From Bacteroidota bacterium (GTDB taxonomy: Bacteria; Bacteroidota; Bacteroidia; Bacteroidales; VadinHA17), in NCBI GenBank assembly GCA_011042635.1, contig DQWH01000073.1, positions 1 to 56,630 on the forward strand: a DNA stretch of 56,630 nucleotides, in the 5' to 3' direction. Below, piece by piece: positions 31,701-38,205 of this stretch (positions within the stretch are counted from its first letter, which is position 1; each line of letters opens with the position of its first letter). The notes beneath the pieces are model-generated. The model searched no databases, was not told where the DNA came from, and was given only the letters and a program-made list of their open reading frames with translations. A program made the position numbers and the translations under genes.

Positions 31701-32032
31701 AACCCGACAATGAAGTAAAATCGGCCAAGTATTTTGACCGGCTTACAAGCTGGAACAACAGCCACTTTGTTGAAGATGCCTCTTATGTAAAATTAAGAGA
31801 GTTATCTCTTAACTATAGTCTGAAAGAGAATATTCTCAAAGGATTCCTTGGTATTGAACGGATCCGTCTGGGTATTGTGGGCAGGAACCTGTTGACCCTC
31901 ACCAAGTATTCCGGTTTTGATCCCGAAACAGGGAAGTCGGAGGAAGGTGTGGATTCCAATGTATTGAAATTTGACCTTTCCAGTTATCCGAATTATGCCA
32001 CCGTTTCCGGGACAATTCAAATCACGTTTTAA
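28709..32032 (+). CDS. susC: SusC/RagA-family TonB-dependent transporter with N-terminal STN signalling domain
   Basis: 1107-aa ORF. It has an STN-like segment (VSFKVEQATMKETLHKIEQSTEFSFFYN) and a CarboxypepD_reg segment (VSGTVCDDQGISLPGVTIRIKGKNIGTTTDPDGYFEI). The plug segment is IESIEVVKGASASSLYGSRAANGVIHIKTKRG, and the protein ends in Phe. Confidence 0.93.
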   Translation: MKKTPNRKGNFIPCSDKNIFRIMKISALLLLVCLLPVSASTYSQTKRVSFKVEQATMKETLHKIEQSTEFSFFYNDNLLVSENKYTLEVEDELITDVLEKLLSGKSLDYVINDKVIVIVPEKNQQTYTQQKLVSGTVCDDQGISLPGVTIRIKGKNIGTTTDPDGYFEIQAEIDDVLIFSFIGMREQEVIIQDYTPLTIVMENDLLRLEEVVVTGVVAQTQRKKLSFTVEKINSDLLQTVPAANLANSLTGKVAGIKISNNAGSPGADADIQLRGATAIFGSSNPLIIIDGILTEGRLSDINSEDIESIEVVKGASASSLYGSRAANGVIHIKTKRGSNLSSGSTEINYRSEFGASYIPFTPEKTTATNFIVSGGAVDYNTPSADGIYDNPYPTLTDPVGQFFNPGSYNTNYLSYSTNSQDGRTSLFGSLHYTDEAGVVKLTDGMQRTNFRINADHWISDKIKVTTSNLYSQSTIDQRAGGIWDLFYYADPDVDLLAPNEEDGSAYNVDPNHNNPRLANPLYLINNSKNFEERTRFLGHYAVQYKPLDYLDFSLAYGIDQISRNSFSLSPKGLLQADRDELTYGSVYKSHNNTTAQTVQVDGFFYKKLGDFLTKAKLQYLYESNEYSYFAGSGTHLAVKGMDVTSLEQASEDINISSYESAIVANNVSGVFNLVYKDKYIFDALIRQDGVSLFGANVRWQTFYRMSGAWRVTEDFRIPGFEELKVRASYGVAGLRPPFESQYETVGLSDGTITSPVAIGNADLKPSFAKETELGLDASFLNRFSFTFNYAHSFNTDQILEVPVSATTGFATQWQNAGKLESHALEASLKANLINSSDWNWDITLLWDRITQKVVELNRPGYAIISGGIFRIEEGQDFGTLYGHKWATSLEEVANQVPEGMAVEDYFTINNQGFVVRTTTIGTVDEEPIKIKDDNGNDKEMVIGSVIPDFNMNLSSFLTYKNLELYMLWGYQQGGETYNHMRRYMMINGVSSELDQTGKPDNEVKSAKYFDRLTSWNNSHFVEDASYVKLRELSLNYSLKENILKGFLGIERIRLGIVGRNLLTLTKYSGFDPETGKSEEGVDSNVLKFDLSSYPNYATVSGTIQITF

Positions 32033-32050
32033 CGCCTTAACCGCAAGAAA

Positions 32051-33541
32051 ATGAAAAATTTAAAATATATATTCATACTAATCATTGCCATAGGCTTAAC
32101 GCATTGCGATTCGTTTGAAGACCTTGAGGTGCCAAACTACAATAATCCTGACCTTGACCAGGTATATTCCAATGTTGAAGATTACCCGTCATTATTATCG
32201 GGAGCCTACAGTACTTGGTGGAACCATTGCATAGGCACCAATCCTAATTTCGCTCTTGCACCGGCTTCAGAGACCATGAATACGGGTTATGGTTCTTGGG
32301 GGGCCACTCCCTATTACAGGATACCCCGGGAGCCTGTACCAAACCAGGATGGTGACAGGGTGCTTTACCCTACCTGCGGAGGGTGGTTTGGATACTATCA
32401 GGCCATACCCACCGTGAACAACATTCTCAACAAACTGGTAAATGATGGCCTTACTGTAGTAATCGGGGAAGAAGACCATACGACCTCTACCCTTGCACAT
32501 GCTTATTTCCTGCAAGGTATCCTGTACGGGCATTTGGCCTTGCTTTATGATAAGGGTTTCCTGGTTACAGAGAATACCGATATAAGCAGCTTTGATTTTG
32601 AATTCACGGGATACAGCAGCATGATGGATTTTGCCATTTCAAGGATTGAGCAGGCCATACAGATTTGTGAGTCCAATACTTTCACTGATCCTATCGAGAT
32701 GATGCCGGGCAATACTTTCACAAATGAAAGCCTGGGGCGTTTGGCAAATTCATATGCTGCCCGTCTGCTTGCCTACAATGCACGCACAGCAAGTGAGACT
32801 CAGGCTGCAGACTGGGGCAAGATACTGGCCTTCGCACAAAAAGGTATTACCACCGATTTCATGGTTACCAGCCAACCCGGATGGAAGGGGCTTGCTATTG
32901 AACGTGACCCCTACAGCTACCTGGACGTCACACTCTGGGGGTGGACCCGGATACACCAGAGGCTATTGAACATGATGGCCCCTGATGACCCCAACGCAGT
33001 ATATCCATGGCCGTATGGCGTTTCAACGCTTGGTGAAATTAATTCACCTGACACCCGTTTTGATGAATATTTCACCTATAACGCATCGATTCCCTGGGCA
33101 AAATACGCTACCTCAAAAGGGTACCATATAATGTCGCACTACACATTCAACCGGTTCTCCGATCTGTACGACTGGGGCGTGGGCAGCGTACCATTCTTCC
33201 TTACCACTGAAAACGATTTGTTAATCGCCGAGGCCCTTATCCGTACAAATGGAGACAAAGGGATGGCAGCCGGCCTGATTAACAAAACACGGGTGACATC
33301 AGGCAACCTGCCGGCAGCTGATGCATCTGATACAAACCTGATGGAAGAATTATACTATGAGCGTTTTGTTGAATTGCTGATGACCTATCCCCTCTCGGGT
33401 TATTTCGATCGCCGACGTACCGATGTGGAGGGTATGGGCCTGTATGAAGGAACCGTGCGTCACCTGCCAGTACCATATCATGAGTTAGTAATACATAGTT
33501 ATGATATCTATACCTTCGGCGGGGCAGGTAACGAGATGTAA
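32051..33541 (+). CDS. susD: SusD/RagB-family nutrient-binding lipoprotein
   Basis: 496-aa ORF directly after susC. It has a lipobox (IGLTHC) and SusD-like helices, including ENDLLIAEALIR and LYYERFVELL. Confidence 0.88.
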   Translation: MKNLKYIFILIIAIGLTHCDSFEDLEVPNYNNPDLDQVYSNVEDYPSLLSGAYSTWWNHCIGTNPNFALAPASETMNTGYGSWGATPYYRIPREPVPNQDGDRVLYPTCGGWFGYYQAIPTVNNILNKLVNDGLTVVIGEEDHTTSTLAHAYFLQGILYGHLALLYDKGFLVTENTDISSFDFEFTGYSSMMDFAISRIEQAIQICESNTFTDPIEMMPGNTFTNESLGRLANSYAARLLAYNARTASETQAADWGKILAFAQKGITTDFMVTSQPGWKGLAIERDPYSYLDVTLWGWTRIHQRLLNMMAPDDPNAVYPWPYGVSTLGEINSPDTRFDEYFTYNASIPWAKYATSKGYHIMSHYTFNRFSDLYDWGVGSVPFFLTTENDLLIAEALIRTNGDKGMAAGLINKTRVTSGNLPAADASDTNLMEELYYERFVELLMTYPLSGYFDRRRTDVEGMGLYEGTVRHLPVPYHELVIHSYDIYTFGGAGNEM

Positions 33542-33574
33542 TTTGTTTATTAACCTTGAATAAAGAAAAGACAC

Positions 33575-33958
33575 ATGAAAAAACTCACCTATATAATCTC
33601 AATTGCCCTTATTCTGGGCATTATGGGGTGCGAACGTGGTTATGAGATTGAGACTGTTTCTGAAACAAAGCCTGAATTACATGTATTCGTTCAGGACGAT
33701 TTATCGGTAGCAGTTGCAGGAGCTACAGTAATCATCTACAAGAATGAGGACGATTACAATAACCAGGCAAATGCTTTGGCCAGTAAGTCAACCGATGCAG
33801 AAGGTAAGGCTGTTTTTACCAAGTCGGAACTCAAGGAGCCCGGGATTTTTTATGTCTATGCTTCTGAGGGCAGCCGAACAAATGCCGCCTCCACAATAGC
33901 TACGCCCTACATGTTGCTAAACGACGGTCATACTTTTTTCTATACTGTAATTGAATAG
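33575..33958 (+). CDS. small surface lipoprotein, prealbumin/CarboxypepD_reg-like fold candidate
   Basis: 127-aa ORF with a lipobox (IMGCE). The LHVFVQDDLSVAVAGATVIIYKNEDDY pattern occurs in small beta-sandwich PUL lipoproteins. Confidence 0.6.
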   Translation: MKKLTYIISIALILGIMGCERGYEIETVSETKPELHVFVQDDLSVAVAGATVIIYKNEDDYNNQANALASKSTDAEGKAVFTKSELKEPGIFYVYASEGSRTNAASTIATPYMLLNDGHTFFYTVIE

Positions 33959-33968
33959 TAACATTCAT

Positions 33969-34011
33969 GAGCATGCCGGGGCATAATCACGGACCCGGCA
34001 TGCTCTTTTTT
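33969..34011 (+). terminator. Strong rho-independent terminator inside the PUL
   Basis: A perfect 12-bp stem, GAGCATGCCGGG / CCCGGCATGCTC, with a 13-nt loop and a following TTTTTT. Confidence 0.85.
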
Positions 34012-34056
34012 CTTCTTAATACCTTTTTTACAGGAAGAGGGGTAAATCCTGTAAGG

Positions 34057-34064
34057 TATATTTG
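34057..34064 (+). promoter_or_regulatory. Candidate -7 box (TATATTTG) for the enzyme operon
   Basis: TAnnTTTG match 27 nt upstream of the ATG at 34091. Confidence 0.5.
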
Positions 34065-34090
34065 TTAATTTCCATTCGAAAAACATCTCG

Positions 34091-36061
34091 ATGAAAAGAA
34101 AATTAAGAGACCTGCCTGCAGGCCTGATTGTTCTATTTATCCTGCTTACCACCGGTTCATGTCGTCAGCGCTTACTTCTTTCAGAACTGCTCTCGGGAGG
34201 GTCAATAATCACTGAGAAAGCCAAGATGGTTCAGGTATCAAGCTATGACAAAACAGGAGGGAATAACGACCGCATCAATGTGCATGCAGGGGATACTGCA
34301 GTATTTTTTCAGGCAGAGGGGCCTGGCCTCATAAGCCGAATCTGGATGACGATAGACTCCAGGGATCCTGCTGCACACCGTAGCCTTCTCCTTCAGATTT
34401 TTTGGGACGATGAAACGGACCCTTCGGTAGAAGTGCCCCTGGGTGATTTCTTTGGCTGCGGGTTCGGTTACCAGCACTACTGCGCTCAGTATACTGGTAT
34501 GAGCAGCGGTGGATACTACTGCTATTTCCCAATGCCCTTCAGGAAAAAAGCACGAATGGCGCTTGTCAATCAAAGTACCGAAGAACTATATGCTTTTTAT
34601 TTCCATGTAGACTATTACCGTTTAAACAAAAAGATGCAGGCAAGGACGCCCTATTTTCATGCACACTGGGCCCGGGATATCCGCACTACCTCAGATAAAA
34701 ATTTCACTGCTGTTGAGGCAGAAGGCAAAGGTGTTTTCGTAGGAATGAATTTCAGCGGACAACCATATAACAACAGCCTCTTTTACCTGGAAGGTGATGA
34801 AATGATATATGTTGACCATGAAATAAAACCATCAATACATGGGACAGGTTTTGAAGACTATTTCACCAGTGGGTGGTATTTCAAAAACGGCACCTTCAGT
34901 GCTCCCTACCATGGACTTGTTTTACTTGATGAATCAAATGGCAGAGTAACAGCCTATCGTCACCATATCCCTGATGCCATACCCTTTGAAAAATCTCTTA
35001 AGGTAACTTACGAACATGGTCACGGCAATGAGTCGGTAGCAGATTTCAGCACTACCTGCTATTGGTACCAGGTTGAGCCCCATAAGCCACAGGCGATGCT
35101 CCCTGCCCCTCTCCGAAAACCTTTGTCAAGGCCTGTTGCCCCCCGGGCTATAGATAGCAGGGACCTTAACTGGATGGAAGCAAAAAATATGTATGAGGAA
35201 GACATGACATTATTTGGTCCGGACTGGCTGGGGGGCAGCCAGATGGCCTTCGTGGGAAGCCCTGGAGAACATTTTACCTTAAGCATACCCGAACTTGAAG
35301 AAGACTATTATAACATTACAATATATGCCACCGGAGGCCCGGACTATGGTAAGCTGGAGGTAATATCAAACAATAGTACTATTGCCAGCATTGAAGGCAA
35401 TAAGCCTGAGATTATACCCCTTGAAGCTATTCACCTGAACCACATAGCCAGCAATGACAATGAAATACGGCTTGTATTTAAGTTTACGGGTCCAGCGGAA
35501 ACACAAAAAGCAGGTATTGATGCCATATTGATAGAACCTGTCCGGAATTTCATTACCGACTGGCAATTGATCGGGCCGTTTGATAACCCCAGGGAAAGTG
35601 ACGACCTTAGATATGGACTGGATACGCCTTACCCCCCGGAACGGGAGATTGATTTTTCCGGCTCCTATGATGGGAAAAACGGGCAAGTGCACTGGGAAGG
35701 CTATTCAGGGGATGGGGCTGGATATGCAATGGGTCTTAACAAACGGTATCAACCATCAGAATTCATTATTAGCTATGCCTACACGGGTATATATACCCCG
35801 GAGGATACCAACGTACCCTTGCTCATTGGCAGCGATGACGGTCTGAAAGTATTCCTTAATAAACAAGAGCTTTACCGCTATTTACAGGTAAACATATGTG
35901 CTCCCGACCAGGACACAGTCATGCTGCCTCTGCGGAAGGGCTGGAACGAACTCCTCCTAAAAGCTGAAAACAACTTTGGGGGATATGCCTTTTTTGCCCG
36001 TATCCCGGATGCTCATAGAAAATCCCTGCTAATTAACTCCCATAAAATAAGAAAGAAATGA
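34091..36061 (+). CDS. DUF2961 / GH172-like glycoside hydrolase lipoprotein with ~330-aa C-terminal beta-sandwich extension
   Basis: 656-aa ORF with a lipobox (LTTGSC). The DUF2961-like motifs are VSSYDKTGGNND, ISRIWMTI, LLLQIFWDDETDPSVEVPLGDFFG, GGYYCYFPMPF and TTCYWYQ. The C-terminal WQLIGPFDNP...GSDDGLKVFLNKQELY...LLLKAENNFGGYAFFARI resembles lectin/PA14-like modules. Confidence 0.65.
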   Translation: MKRKLRDLPAGLIVLFILLTTGSCRQRLLLSELLSGGSIITEKAKMVQVSSYDKTGGNNDRINVHAGDTAVFFQAEGPGLISRIWMTIDSRDPAAHRSLLLQIFWDDETDPSVEVPLGDFFGCGFGYQHYCAQYTGMSSGGYYCYFPMPFRKKARMALVNQSTEELYAFYFHVDYYRLNKKMQARTPYFHAHWARDIRTTSDKNFTAVEAEGKGVFVGMNFSGQPYNNSLFYLEGDEMIYVDHEIKPSIHGTGFEDYFTSGWYFKNGTFSAPYHGLVLLDESNGRVTAYRHHIPDAIPFEKSLKVTYEHGHGNESVADFSTTCYWYQVEPHKPQAMLPAPLRKPLSRPVAPRAIDSRDLNWMEAKNMYEEDMTLFGPDWLGGSQMAFVGSPGEHFTLSIPELEEDYYNITIYATGGPDYGKLEVISNNSTIASIEGNKPEIIPLEAIHLNHIASNDNEIRLVFKFTGPAETQKAGIDAILIEPVRNFITDWQLIGPFDNPRESDDLRYGLDTPYPPEREIDFSGSYDGKNGQVHWEGYSGDGAGYAMGLNKRYQPSEFIISYAYTGIYTPEDTNVPLLIGSDDGLKVFLNKQELYRYLQVNICAPDQDTVMLPLRKGWNELLLKAENNFGGYAFFARIPDAHRKSLLINSHKIRKK

Positions 36062-38199
36062 AAAGATTCATCCATCTGTTACTTTTGGCCCTTTTGTTCC
36101 CCAATCTGCCGGGGCAGGAACTGCAACTATCTGATCCCTGGTTGTATGTTAATGCCCGCTCAAACGATCCTTTATATACAACCTATACGGCAAGCATGGA
36201 ACGTTCGAGGATGTATGCCGACAGAGGGTACAAGATGGTTTATGACAATCCGGGGAGGCCCCTTTCCTATACCACCGATCAGGCGGGCAGTATGTATACA
36301 TTATGGCTTGTTAACGATGTAGCAGTATTCAATACCGGCGAATATGATGAAAAACCCGTTGTTACTGTCTCCTTCCCGGATATGTGCATAAGTGAGTACA
36401 AACCATACAACGGGCTCAAAGTGCAGGAAACCTTCCTGGTGTACAGCTCCCGTATAGCTTTGGTGCGACAATATATTACCAATACTTCGGATCGAAGTTT
36501 AAAGATAACCTGCTTCCCGGTATTGGAAATAGGGAACGAAGAAATAGATCTTCAGGAATATAACAGTGAACATGAAGCATACGTAAGCTGCCGCTTCGAA
36601 AGCCGGAAAAGGCTTATCAGCAACATGAATGAAGCTTATCCGGTAGATTTTCGGGAGTGTTTCACAGCCAATTACAAGCCCTATTCATATGGAGCTTACA
36701 AGGGTTCCAATGAAGAATTCTACCAAACAATAAAAACCGATCATTATGCCGAGGACAAGTATAATGACACATTGAACCTGAAAACCCGGGGACGCTTTGA
36801 TTTCCTGGCTTTACAGCATAAGCGGGTACTGGAACCGGGTGAGAGCATCGAATTACGCTACCTCAGGGGTATTGAGACTCTGGATGAAGACCTGGCTGAG
36901 CTGGAAGAAGAAATGGGAAAGCTGAAAGACGAGCCATTACAACCGTACCTTGCGGCTAATGAAAGCCTTTATGAAGGGGTCCCGCGCCTTCAGTTTAAGC
37001 GCGGGGATGACAAAACAATTTATATCAGTGCCCTGAACCTTGCCAGGGGGTGCATGCTGCCCCCGGAGGGTCAAACCTCATTCAACTACTATGCATTTTC
37101 ACGTATGCCATTATGGGGATGGGGCCACGGACACCAGGTCTTACACGAATCATTGAGTATGTTGGCCTATGTATACCTTGATCCCGAATCGGCCCAAAAC
37201 TCCCAACGGGTGTATATCGAACAGCAGGCAGATGACGGATTGATTGCCTACCGTCACGGCCCCAGAGGCCGGCAGGATTACCCGCATCAGGGTGAACCTA
37301 CTACTTCCGCCCCCTTCTTTTCATGGATAAATTGGGAAGTTTACCAGGTAAGCAAAGATCAAAAATTCCTGGAAGAAGCCTATTTATCGGGTTGCAGGTA
37401 TATGGAATGGTTACAGAAAAACCGCGACGATGACCGGGACGGAACCTTCGAATGGGGGCCATACGGTATTATTGAAAATGTAAGAGACTGGTATAACGTG
37501 GTATTCCAGGTTTCAGCCGAAAGATACCTGGATGTGGACAAGGAAGATATTTCCGATGAACTGGAATGCCTGGACCTGTCATTGATGATCGTTAAGGAAA
37601 TGCGTTCACTGGAAGCCATGGCCAGGGAATTGAAGCTGGACCGGCAGGCGGATAAATGGCACCAGCAGGCGGAAAAAACCGCTGCTCTGATCAATGAGAG
37701 GATGTGGGATGAAAAAACAGGTTTCTATTATAATGTTAATGCAAAAGATCATAGTTGGTTCTTTATGGACAGGGACCTCCGACGACAGGAAATTATCGGG
37801 CTTTTGCCCCTTTGGGCGGAGGTGGCTGACGCTAATCAGGCTGAAAAACTTATTGGCCACCTGAGTAATCCCGACAAATTCTGGAGAAAATACGGTATCC
37901 CAACTGTTGCGGCCGACGATGTTTGGTACAGTCCTGATGTAGACTATTGTTGTAAATGGAACGGGCCGGTATGGCTCCTTTGGAATTACATGATCTACGA
38001 CGGACTCAAAAACTATCACCAGGATGAACTGGCACATGAACTGGCACAGAAGATGATCTCTGCCGCTGAAAACCAACTGAGGAAAAACCACAACTTTTGG
38101 GAATCCTTCAGCCCCGACCATGAAACACTCAATAGTCCGTCAAACTATATATGGGATGCCATACTGGCCAAATTGTATATTGAAGAACTGACAAAATAA
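36058..38199 (+). CDS. (alpha/alpha)6 six-hairpin glycosidase, GH63 / MGH1 / trehalase-like
   Basis: 713-aa ORF with a signal peptide and an ATGA overlap with the upstream gene. C-terminal motifs are RDDDRDGTFEWG, YGIPTVAADD, KWNGPVWLLWNYMIYDGLKNY and FWESFSPD. The family call is from recall. Confidence 0.5.
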   Translation: MKRFIHLLLLALLFPNLPGQELQLSDPWLYVNARSNDPLYTTYTASMERSRMYADRGYKMVYDNPGRPLSYTTDQAGSMYTLWLVNDVAVFNTGEYDEKPVVTVSFPDMCISEYKPYNGLKVQETFLVYSSRIALVRQYITNTSDRSLKITCFPVLEIGNEEIDLQEYNSEHEAYVSCRFESRKRLISNMNEAYPVDFRECFTANYKPYSYGAYKGSNEEFYQTIKTDHYAEDKYNDTLNLKTRGRFDFLALQHKRVLEPGESIELRYLRGIETLDEDLAELEEEMGKLKDEPLQPYLAANESLYEGVPRLQFKRGDDKTIYISALNLARGCMLPPEGQTSFNYYAFSRMPLWGWGHGHQVLHESLSMLAYVYLDPESAQNSQRVYIEQQADDGLIAYRHGPRGRQDYPHQGEPTTSAPFFSWINWEVYQVSKDQKFLEEAYLSGCRYMEWLQKNRDDDRDGTFEWGPYGIIENVRDWYNVVFQVSAERYLDVDKEDISDELECLDLSLMIVKEMRSLEAMARELKLDRQADKWHQQAEKTAALINERMWDEKTGFYYNVNAKDHSWFFMDRDLRRQEIIGLLPLWAEVADANQAEKLIGHLSNPDKFWRKYGIPTVAADDVWYSPDVDYCCKWNGPVWLLWNYMIYDGLKNYHQDELAHELAQKMISAAENQLRKNHNFWESFSPDHETLNSPSNYIWDAILAKLYIEELTK

Positions 38200-38205
38200 T
38201 GGGAC

